Source of the DNA: a virus
IMG/VR virus record: IMGVR_UViG_3300046373_000172
Location: 23,476-87,475 of that record
Strand: one strand, 5' to 3'
Length of the DNA stretch: 64,000 nt
The translations under genes were made by a program, and so were the position numbers. The notes beneath the pieces were generated by a model. The model made no database searches. It saw only the letters and a list, made by a program, of their open reading frames with translations, and was not told where the DNA came from. Below are positions 48,370 to 56,313 of the stretch, piece by piece (the stretch's first letter is position 1; each line of letters begins with the position of its first letter).

Positions 48370-50103
48370 TTAACGCATGCTGCCGTAGACCATTGTCTCC
48401 TTCCGGGTGGCTACTTTGATGCGGTGCGCAATGCTGATATTGGTCAGCGGGAACTGGATACTGGCGGTTGGCATCAGCAGGGTGGCGATGTTCAAATAGC
48501 CCAAGGCGTGGTGGTAGTGGTCCTCGTCGTTTGGCTTTTTGACCCAGGTGTAGCGGCCGTCGCCGAAGGCGTCCTGGACCAAGGTGCGCTTCATGTCAAG
48601 CATCTGGTTGACGAACAGCGTGTCTTCCTGCTCGCTCTGGGCCTGCCACAGGACCTGCTTGGTCTTGAACAGCTTCATCAGTTCGTCGAAGCCGACGTCG
48701 CGGTTGAGCTTGGCGATCAGCAGGGGCAGCTTGCCTTCCGCCTCGTTCTGCTCCCGGGTCACGATGTCGAACAGCGCCACGTTGCGCGTGGTGTTGTAGC
48801 GTCCGGCGTACATGTTCAGGTCGTCTTTTTGCAGGTCCAGGATCAAGTCGGTGTAGGGCTGGTGATCCCAGACGCTGGTCAGCACGCGGTATTCCTGCTT
48901 GAGCTTGGCGGAACGCTCGCGCAGCATGGGCAGCGCCACCCGCTCGCGGTGTACCACGATCAGCATGCCTTCGTTGGTGCGGCGGCCGATCGTGATGTGG
49001 CACACGGCGCCCAAGTCGACGCCCATGGCGTGCAGATCGGACGACAGCAGGCCGCCGGCGGTGTACTTGCACTGCTCGATGTCTTCCCGGGTCAGCGTCT
49101 CACTCGTTTCGCTGCTGGTCTCGCCCAGGGTCTGGTTGCAGAACTCGCCCCAAGGGAACTTGGTGGACTCCTCGACGATGCGGTGCACTGGCACGATGTT
49201 CGGCACTGAGAACGGCGTCACATAGTAGCCGTGCGCGTTCAGCTGGTCGTTCGGATTTTCGAAGACCCACTCGCGGTGCTCGAACTGCAAGCTGGGGGCG
49301 CGTCCACAGTGCGGGCAGCAGACGTACGCCTCCTTGTAGCGGATCGTCATCAGGTTGTGCGCGGAGATTTCGTTCTTCGGCTTGTCGTAGCCGGGGATGA
49401 CGACGTGCTCGTGGTAGGTCGGGGCGAAGTGATGGTTGCACTTGTCGCACTTGACCAGGTGGCGCTTGCGCTTGCTCTCCTCCATGGCGGCAGCGATGCC
49501 GACGCCGTTGAAGGTCGGGGTGCCGAACTTGCGGGTGAACTGCCAGATCGAGTGCTTCAGACGCGACTGGTACTGCTTCAGGGTGAACGGGTCGCTGCGG
49601 TCGACCTCGTCGTGGATCAACATGTCGGCCGGCACGGACAAGGCTTGGGTGGTGCCGCGCGTGCCGCGGCCGTGCAGCAGGTTGCCGCCGATGTCCTTGG
49701 TCTGGGTGTTGTTGATCTCCTGGCGCACCACCTCGGCCAAGTCTGGGCTGTCGTTGATGACCGGATCGATCCGGGTCTGGAAGAACTTGGCGCAATCCTG
49801 CGCGCCCGGCATCGTCAGGATGCAGTCGAAGTACGGAATCACGCGGCAGATGGCCAAGGCGTAGCGCGCCATGACTTCCGACATGCCGACCTGCGCGCAT
49901 TTCTGGACATTCACGTTGACGTGCGTGTCCGAGATGATGTCCTTTTGGTACTCGTGGTCCTTGAACGAGTACAGGTCGCCGTTCAGGTAGGTCTTTTCTT
50001 CGATGTAGCGGACCACGTCTTGCAGGTTGTAGGTGCCAAAACAGGCCGTGTGCAAGCGCAAAATGTGCTCCTGCACCGCTTTATCGTCGTGAATGAACTC
50101 CAT
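48370..50103 (-). CDS. terL: terminase large subunit (lambda gpA-like)
   Basis: KCAQVGMSE, HDEVD, GTPT, CDKC/CPHC, GVDLG, DHYHHA. Confidence 0.92.
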   Translation of the reverse strand: MEFIHDDKAVQEHILRLHTACFGTYNLQDVVRYIEEKTYLNGDLYSFKDHEYQKDIISDTHVNVNVQKCAQVGMSEVMARYALAICRVIPYFDCILTMPGAQDCAKFFQTRIDPVINDSPDLAEVVRQEINNTQTKDIGGNLLHGRGTRGTTQALSVPADMLIHDEVDRSDPFTLKQYQSRLKHSIWQFTRKFGTPTFNGVGIAAAMEESKRKRHLVKCDKCNHHFAPTYHEHVVIPGYDKPKNEISAHNLMTIRYKEAYVCCPHCGRAPSLQFEHREWVFENPNDQLNAHGYYVTPFSVPNIVPVHRIVEESTKFPWGEFCNQTLGETSSETSETLTREDIEQCKYTAGGLLSSDLHAMGVDLGAVCHITIGRRTNEGMLIVVHRERVALPMLRERSAKLKQEYRVLTSVWDHQPYTDLILDLQKDDLNMYAGRYNTTRNVALFDIVTREQNEAEGKLPLLIAKLNRDVGFDELMKLFKTKQVLWQAQSEQEDTLFVNQMLDMKRTLVQDAFGDGRYTWVKKPNDEDHYHHALGYLNIATLLMPTASIQFPLTNISIAHRIKVATRKETMVYGSMR

Positions 50104-50535
50104 TTAGACGCCTTTTCCCTGCAAAATCTCGCTGTAAATGGTGAAAAAGTGCTCTTTTGCCTCGTTATCGGGCAAAAGTTTGAGGGTGGAGAGCATGGCA
50201 GCCTCAAAACGCTTCAAACGCTCCTGGCTGTAGACTTCGCTGCGCAGTTTGATGATCTTTTCCAGTTGCGCGCTGACGCTGTTGAAGACTTGCGCGCGCT
50301 GCCCGGCCGGCGTGAGTTTGTCGTCCTGCAAGCTCGATAGCAGCATCTTCCCCTGCCGATACTGCAAGCCGATCTCGTCCGGCAGGTTCAACTGGCTGAT
50401 TTCGATGTGCAAGATGGCGTCGAGCTCGTTGCGCACAACGATGGCGTCGGCTTCGGAGAGGTCGCGCATGGCGCGGAGGATGATTTTGAGCGGGCCGTTC
50501 TCTTCGCTCGAGCGCTTTAGGCTGTAGTCTTGCAT
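50104..50535 (-). CDS. probable terminase small subunit
   Basis: helical 143-aa ORF immediately upstream of terL. Confidence 0.6.
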   Translation of the reverse strand: MQDYSLKRSSEENGPLKIILRAMRDLSEADAIVVRNELDAILHIEISQLNLPDEIGLQYRQGKMLLSSLQDDKLTPAGQRAQVFNSVSAQLEKIIKLRSEVYSQERLKRFEAAMLSTLKLLPDNEAKEHFFTIYSEILQGKGV

Positions 50536-50831
50536 TTCAGTCGCTCCAGGGTGCGGTGGATGGTCTTCACGCTGCAGTGGGCGGCAGAAGCGGCTTGTTC
50601 GGGGGTCATGGTGGTGGCGACCAGCGCCTGGTACTCCTTGCGGGCGTGGTAGAGCGCGCTGGCCTTCTGGCGTTCGCTGGGTGCTTTGACGATCCCAAGG
50701 TCTTTCAGGGTCCTGGACAGGTGCGCTTCCGAGACGCCGAGGCGCTTGGCGACGTCCCTACTGGTGACTTTCCTTTCGGCTAAGTCGTCCAGATAGGGAG
50801 TCACGGTCTGTTTGAGCGTCGGCTTTTTCAT
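50517..50831 (-). CDS. HTH DNA-binding protein with two HTH-like segments
   Basis: SRDVAKRLGVSEAHLSR and PEQAASAAHCSVKTIHR. Confidence 0.75.
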   Translation of the reverse strand: MKKPTLKQTVTPYLDDLAERKVTSRDVAKRLGVSEAHLSRTLKDLGIVKAPSERQKASALYHARKEYQALVATTMTPEQAASAAHCSVKTIHRTLERLKCKTTA

Positions 50832-50837
50832 TTCCGG

Positions 50838-50866
50838 ATTCTGGCACGGAAGTTGCCTGTGGTCAA
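50838..50866 (-). promoter_or_regulatory. late promoter copy 1
   Basis: TTGACC-ACAGGCAACTTCCGTGC-CAGAAT. Confidence 0.75.
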
Positions 50867-50885
50867 ATTTGCCGTGGTTTGCTGT

Positions 50886-51001
50886 GGCCTGTGGATAACT
50901 CTATGGAAAATTTGGAAAAATTTTTTCTTGGGCGAGTGTTGGCCGTGTTTGGCCACGTTTGCGATGCGGCCTGTGGATAACCCTATGGAAAATTTGGAAA
51001 A
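50886..51001 (+). repeat. 34-bp direct repeat (x2), each with a perfect DnaA box
   Basis: GGCCTGTGGATAACYCTATGGAAAATTTGGAAAA at 50886 and 50968; TGTGGATAA at 50890 and 50972. Confidence 0.85.
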
Positions 51002-51114
51002 TATTTTGGGAGCCTGGGCGCGGCGCGCGTCGCCCGTACTGCAAATAACCCTATACGTCAAACAGCGCCGCCCGTACCGCCATCCGTATAACCGGCCGCA
51101 TAACTGCCGCCAAT

Positions 51115-51130
51115 TGTTCCACGTGGAACA
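51115..51130. promoter_or_regulatory. parS-type palindrome
   Basis: TGTTCCACGTGGAACA, perfect 16-bp palindrome. Confidence 0.85.
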
Positions 51131-51176
51131 TAACCGGAATCGGCCGTGCCGGTTGCGTTGCCGGTTGCGTGCGCAT

Positions 51177-51192
51177 TGTTCCACGTGGAACA
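51177..51192. promoter_or_regulatory. parS-type palindrome
   Basis: second identical TGTTCCACGTGGAACA. Confidence 0.85.
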
Positions 51193-51468
51193 AATGACGC
51201 TGCCGGTTACGCTGCCGTTTGCATTGCCGTTTGCATTGCCGTTTGGCCAGCTCGGCACGATGTTGTCATTATGACCACTATACTCGAACGCGTATAGAAA
51301 TGCAAATCGGTATAATCGAACTAGTATTGGTATTCTCACTTTCAACCGACTACAATAGATACATCGGTTGAGTGAATACAGCCGGTTCCCTGGTAACGCG
51401 GGGTTTGCGGGATCGCGCATGGTGCGCGCCCGCTGGGCATCTGTGCCTGTTCATTTGGAGATTATGCC

Positions 51469-52323
51469 ATGAAATCCGCTATTCTCGGCGCACCTGCTGC
51501 GCCTGCATCCCAGCTTGCCGCTATGTCGGGCGTGTCTGTCGCCGCATCGCAAGCTATCGCCTTGCCAACGTCCCAAGCTGGGCAGTACGTCCGCGCTGAT
51601 GTCAAAGGCGGCGACGCACAGCACGCATTCCGCGTCGGTATCATCCGTACGGCCGTGCTGGAATCGCTGAAAGGAAACGGCGTCCCGATGGCGGAAGCGC
51701 TGGATCAAGCCGAAGGCAAACGCACGATCGCCGTTTGCTACCGCGCCGGCATCGCCGCCATTGGTGAGCTGGCCCGGCTTGATCGCGCTGGCGACGTGTT
51801 CGCCGACGTGGTCGAAAACGAGATCGTCACGGGCCGCAAGCTGCTGAGCGCTGGCAAGTGGGCCGATGCGGACAATAAAGCCGTGCGCGCCGATGCGGAA
51901 ACGCTGGCCGATGCCGCTGCCGTGCGCTTTGACAGTGCGTTTACTACGTGCGCCAAAGACTTGAAAGAGCAGGCCAAGGCGGATAAGGCCAGCAAAGCGG
52001 CCGAAAAAGCGGCCGCCGATGCGCTGGCTGTTGCGCTGGTGAAAGCGGCGAATGATGCGCCCTTGAACACGGCAGGCGACGATGCCGGCTCGGATGCGGG
52101 CGCTGGCGCTGGTTCGATTGATCCTGATACGCTGGCTAGCGCTGCGGATCAAGCCTCTGTCATGCGCGCCGCTGCGCTGGCCACAGTACTTGACGCGATC
52201 AAGCAGGGCATGCTGTCCGGGCCTGAATTGGAAGCGATCAACGCCGCATTGGATAGCGTCGCATTGGGTATCGCGTACTTGCCTGTAACCGAAGCGGCCG
52301 CACCTGAGCTGGCTGTCCACTAG
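51469..52323 (+). CDS. Ala-rich early protein of unknown function
   Basis: GGAGA RBS; 284 aa; first gene of the rightward early block. Confidence 0.8.
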   Translation: MKSAILGAPAAPASQLAAMSGVSVAASQAIALPTSQAGQYVRADVKGGDAQHAFRVGIIRTAVLESLKGNGVPMAEALDQAEGKRTIAVCYRAGIAAIGELARLDRAGDVFADVVENEIVTGRKLLSAGKWADADNKAVRADAETLADAAAVRFDSAFTTCAKDLKEQAKADKASKAAEKAAADALAVALVKAANDAPLNTAGDDAGSDAGAGAGSIDPDTLASAADQASVMRAAALATVLDAIKQGMLSGPELEAINAALDSVALGIAYLPVTEAAAPELAVH

Positions 52324-53190
52324 ACCACATATCAAGCGCCTTGCTCTACAGGGCGCTTGAGTATGTTGTCTGTAACACAGCGTTTCATCCGATTGCCATA
52401 ACGCGCGGCGCGTTGCTCTAAAGGGGCGTGCCACTAATCGGAATGCTAGCCGTACTGTCTAGAGCATCGCCTTGCGCGCCGCTTTAGCTGTACAGCACAC
52501 CTGTTCTTTATCCGCCCGGCGCAACGCGCCCGGCCACAATTGAGACTCTATCCGGCCCTACCGGAAGAACCCATGCATGTATGACGTGATTGACGCGCAT
52601 CGTGCCGCTTAGGCGGCATGCCGCGTTGTTAGGCACATCAAGCATGGTGCGGTTTGGACAGTAGCAGGATAGATGCGTTTTAGTAGAAACGCTAACTTAC
52701 TACTCTTGCCGATTCAGGATGACGAACGATGATATCGGCTTGTATGCACAATCTAGGCTTGAATGTAAGCCATCTCTACCGGGTTTGGATGACGGTACAG
52801 GTTCGCAAAAGGGGCACAGGTAACGCCGAACGGCGCCCTTGTGATTACGCAATAGCAGAACAAGAGAAAACGGATTGCACAGACCATCGTGAAAATCGCC
52901 AAAAGGCGCCCGGCCAAACGGGCATACAAATAACGCTTACCCAAGCGGCAAGAGGAAAGGTTAGAGCAAATGTAGGTAGACCGTACGGGAGTCGTCCGTA
53001 CGGCTATGACAACGGCCCGACAAGCCGTTAAGCGCCGGTTTCGGGGCGCATATACCGAACGATAGCAATGCCCTTCCATGCTTGAGGTATGGAAGGGCGG
53101 CAAATTAAAACGCATTCCGCGAGTGCTTTTTAATGTGCTGTATCTTCCGCCTGGCCTTTTTGGCTAGGCATTGCCACGTCCAAAAGGAGA
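52322..53190 (+). ncRNA. candidate large structured non-coding RNA (boundaries approximate)
   Basis: no credible ORF; many local and long-range helices, several with G-U pairs on this strand. Confidence 0.55.
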
Positions 53191-53196
53191 ATCACT

Positions 53197-53439
53197 ATGT
53201 CCAATCGTTGCACGTTCAATCTGTTCACGGCCGCGGAACGTTCGGCCAATTGGGAAGTCCGCAAGGGCGAAGATCGCCGCGCACTGCTGGCAATTATCTT
53301 CGAAGCGAATCACGCTTGCGTGCATCCGTTGAATCACAACTACGTTGCCGACATCAGCGACAAAGAGCGCCTTGAGTATTGGGCGCGCAGCAATGGCCTG
53401 TTGTCGTCGGCCGATGAGCGGACTTTGCGCGGATACTAA
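53197..53439 (+). CDS. early hypothetical protein
   Basis: AAGGAG RBS. Confidence 0.75.
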   Translation: MSNRCTFNLFTAAERSANWEVRKGEDRRALLAIIFEANHACVHPLNHNYVADISDKERLEYWARSNGLLSSADERTLRGY

Positions 53440-53574
53440 GCGCAATATCCGGTAATACATAACGCTTTTCACCCTGTACCGCCTTGGCGGTACTATCTTT
53501 TCAGCACCGCTGTATCCAAACCTATATAACGCCTGGCCAAGTGGTCGGGCATAGTCACGTCCGGAGAAAACATC

Positions 53575-53754
53575 ATGAGCAAAGCACAACACTATGAGCT
53601 GGCTGAGAAAATCCATGCTGCATCGGTTGCACGCTGCAATCGCATGCTGGCCATGCTCGACGGTCAGCAGCAAGCGGAAGCGATTCGCGCGTCGGTTGCG
53701 GCGCAGTTGGCGCTCGATGCCTTCATGGAATCGCTGGTGCATCGCCATGCGTGA
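53575..53754 (+). CDS. early hypothetical protein (59 aa, not in ORF track)
   Basis: GGAGA RBS; MSKAQHYELAEKIHAAS...HRHA. Confidence 0.65.
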   Translation: MSKAQHYELAEKIHAASVARCNRMLAMLDGQQQAEAIRASVAAQLALDAFMESLVHRHA

Positions 53755-53863
53755 ACTGGGCCGAATCCTCACCAACGGCGCGCTATTTTGGCTGTGGTTC
53801 GGCTATGCCGTTTGGGCCGCGCTTGAAGTCATCAACGTGCCTTGGGCCTTGTATGTCGGCTAG
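53747..53863 (+). CDS. 38-aa membrane peptide
   Basis: MRELGRILTNGALFWLWFGYAVWAALEVINVPWALYVG; overlaps upstream stop. Confidence 0.5.
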   Translation: MRELGRILTNGALFWLWFGYAVWAALEVINVPWALYVG

Positions 53864-53936
53864 GCAACGAAGCCGAACAGCAGTACAGTAGTGCTCATAG
53901 GCAAATCGTGTTGCCTTTCAACTTTGGGAGTTCATC

Positions 53937-54182
53937 ATGCGTGATTTTCCTGTAATGCCATCGGACGATGTGCCGGCTTTCCGCGAAAAAGAGCACAAAT
54001 TCAACCTGCACGCTTCGCAAGGCAAATGGCGTGTTGGTATTGCTACCAACACCGCGACCGGCGTTTACTCGTTCGACAAGGGCGACGCGATCCGTTTCCA
54101 CGTCATAGGCAAAACGGTACCTTTCCAGGACTTGCCGAACGCGGTGCGCTTGCTGCTGTGCGAGCTGGGGTTTGAAGCCTAG
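53937..54182 (+). CDS. early hypothetical protein
   Basis: GGGAG RBS; followed by terminator. Confidence 0.7.
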   Translation: MRDFPVMPSDDVPAFREKEHKFNLHASQGKWRVGIATNTATGVYSFDKGDAIRFHVIGKTVPFQDLPNAVRLLLCELGFEA

Positions 54183-54185
54183 TTA

Positions 54186-54211
54186 CAAAAGCGCCCGAAA
54201 GGGCGCTTTTG
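54186..54211. terminator. bidirectional terminator
   Basis: CAAAAGCGCCC-GAAA-GGGCGCTTTTG. Confidence 0.9.
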
Positions 54212-54736
54212 TCATAAGGGCCAAAGCCGACCATGTTTGATGCTAGCGATCGTCGAAACAGTTGTTGAAAAACTAGCTGCGATCTGCTTCACCGAAACAC
54301 CGTCAAAAATCTGCTGGCGTATAAGCGCAACGATTTCAGGTGTTAGACGCTTGGCCCGTTTTGGGTTGTTGGCACCGTGAAACCTTCCTGTCTTGGCCGT
54401 ATGCTGTTGATTCTCTTTTGGCGTGACCCATTCAAGATTGTTGACGTGGTTATTAGCCTTATCGAAGTCTTTATGGTTGACCTGCGGCCGGGTGTCGGCC
54501 GGCAGGAAGTGCAAAGCTACAAGTCGGTGAATTGCGTGTTTGCGCACTACGCCTTCGCGTGACAAGCAAACATAGCAGTAACCTTGAGCATCTCGAACTT
54601 GAGTAGGATTGCGACCAGCAACCGCTCGACTTCCGCCTGGACTTTTAACCCTTCGAGAAAGACTCTTGACATTGCCGAAGTTACTGACAATGTATAAGCC
54701 GTGAAAACCTTGGATAGACGCCCAAACTTCAAGCAT
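54212..54736 (-). CDS. NUMOD4-HNH homing endonuclease with C-terminal HTH
   Basis: EVWASIQGFHGLYIVSNFGNVKS; IHRLVA..F...VNHKDFDKANNHVNNLEW; AGGAG RBS. Confidence 0.9.
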   Translation of the reverse strand: MLEVWASIQGFHGLYIVSNFGNVKSLSRRVKSPGGSRAVAGRNPTQVRDAQGYCYVCLSREGVVRKHAIHRLVALHFLPADTRPQVNHKDFDKANNHVNNLEWVTPKENQQHTAKTGRFHGANNPKRAKRLTPEIVALIRQQIFDGVSVKQIAASFSTTVSTIASIKHGRLWPL

Positions 54737-55424
54737 TAGGTTCTCCTGGAAACACGGGAAAGCACTGCTGCGTAGTCGAGTCAAACTTCATATGGGTCGC
54801 GCCGTCCAAAAAGGCTTGACACCTAACCTTATAATCGTCAGCAGGACAAATTGCTGGCGGCACCGAAACCCATTGATTCGCGTGCCAATACCAAAGACGG
54901 CCCGGAACGTCGGCCGGCGGCTTTCTAACCGGCTTCTTGATGACAAGTCGCGGCGTACGCATCGGCCGATGATAAGCATCAGCGGGCCGCCCCAAGTCGC
55001 GCGCCCGTTCGAGTTCTAGCACGTGCTGCACTTCGAGTTCCATTTCCCGCCAGACGCATGCGGCCCAATCTTGTCGTGCGACTTCGATCGACGGGAAATA
55101 GACGCCCGGCGACAAGATGTGATGAAAACCGCGTGCACAAGCCTTGCAGTTGAAGCGGCGCCGCGCGATGCGGATCGGCACCAAGTTGCGCACGGAAAAG
55201 TCAAACGGATCCCCGTTCAGTTGGGTAATCTGAAACATCGGAGCTGATCCGTAGAGCAAGACCCAAGCCAAGTCCGGCCCTTGGTATAGCTGGCCGTCGA
55301 CATGGGCCACGAGTCGGTTTTGCACGACCGAAGTCAGTAGTTTTAGTGTGCCGTCCGCCTTAATGCGGTAGAGCTGCGTGTGTAAGAGTCGAAAATTTTG
55401 TGTCACCAGTGCGGTGTTGATCAT
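54729..55424 (-). CDS. protein with degenerate HNH-like domain
   Basis: DLAWVLLYG..P...TQLNGDPFDFSVRNL follows HNH spacing but lacks the His/Asn residues. Confidence 0.55.
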   Translation of the reverse strand: MINTALVTQNFRLLHTQLYRIKADGTLKLLTSVVQNRLVAHVDGQLYQGPDLAWVLLYGSAPMFQITQLNGDPFDFSVRNLVPIRIARRRFNCKACARGFHHILSPGVYFPSIEVARQDWAACVWREMELEVQHVLELERARDLGRPADAYHRPMRTPRLVIKKPVRKPPADVPGRLWYWHANQWVSVPPAICPADDYKVRCQAFLDGATHMKFDSTTQQCFPVFPGEPNA

Positions 55425-55924
55425 GGGAAACTTTCTAAAGTTGGACATTTCTGCCAAAACTTGCGTAAAAAGATTTTAGCACAAGGTTCTCACCCAAGTC
55501 CACACGATCCCAAGTCGAAAAGCCCCTATATATAAGACAAACCTAGTAGATATCTCATTAGTATGGGGAGTTCTCATTTTCGTGTTCGAAACGCGCTTTT
55601 GACTTTTTGACTTTTTTTTTGTGTCAGTCCATTTTTTCTGTGGCGTGATTTTCCTTATTAGGCGATTTTCAAAAAGTGGCCCTTAATCATGCGATTCTCA
55701 CAGGTCGTCTGTCATGCCTTTCATGCAACCTTGGGCATGTGACAACACCGAAACAGTGTTTTCGTTACCCTGACGCAATGTTGTTTATTTTGGATGTCTA
55801 AAAGAGTATACATTACGTAAATGTTTCTTCTGTTACTACATATATTCTCACACCAAAAAACCTGTTACTAGTAGCATGACTTTCGCACTTACACGAACCC
55901 AAGCAACATACTATAGGAAGTGAG

Positions 55925-56167
55925 ATGTTTACATTTTTGAAAGAACTTGTCTTTCCGACACCGTCTGTACCAAAATTACTACGCTCTGCGCTCGAAGATA
56001 GCCAGCGCGAGTTGCTTTTGCTTGACATCCAGCAGCAGCACATGCTAGCCGAGGCTGAAAATTACTCCGCGGCAAGGTTGAAGCACGAAAACAGGGTAAA
56101 ACGACTGACTGACTCGCTTAAAAGGCTTGAGAATCAAGCACTTACCCGCACTGGTCCGGATGATTGA
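55925..56167 (+). CDS. helical hypothetical protein
   Basis: AGGAAG RBS; amphipathic coiled-coil sequence. Confidence 0.55.
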   Translation: MFTFLKELVFPTPSVPKLLRSALEDSQRELLLLDIQQQHMLAEAENYSAARLKHENRVKRLTDSLKRLENQALTRTGPDD

Positions 56168-56313
56168 CACGCCACTGACTCAACTGACTCGATTTTTGTC
56201 AATTGACACTGACACAGCCGTGTCAGTCAGTTTTGTGTCATCTGTGTCATACTGCGTGTCAGACCCGCACAAGTTGTGCGGCCTCCCGCACAAACCTCCA
56301 AAAGGACCAAGAA

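Noticed and set aside
50886-51250. possible CRISPR mini-array
   Set aside because: Only two copies of each of two unrelated repeats, and no cas genes; better explained as protein-binding sites.
50828-51420. ORFs spanning the DnaA/parS region (e.g. MFHVEQ..., CSTWN...)
   Set aside because: These peptides are translations of the parS palindromes and repeats; no RBS.
52729-53115. ORFs 52729-53031 (+) and 52753-53115 (-)
   Set aside because: No RBS, atypical codon usage, and they overlap the helical region; not fully excluded without ribosome profiling.
52322-53190. tRNA, tmRNA, RNase P, group I/II intron, retron or hammerhead identity
   Set aside because: I found no T-loop/CCA, intron core or CUGAUGA/GAAA core by eye, and no reverse transcriptase is encoded in the window; a covariance-model search is still needed.
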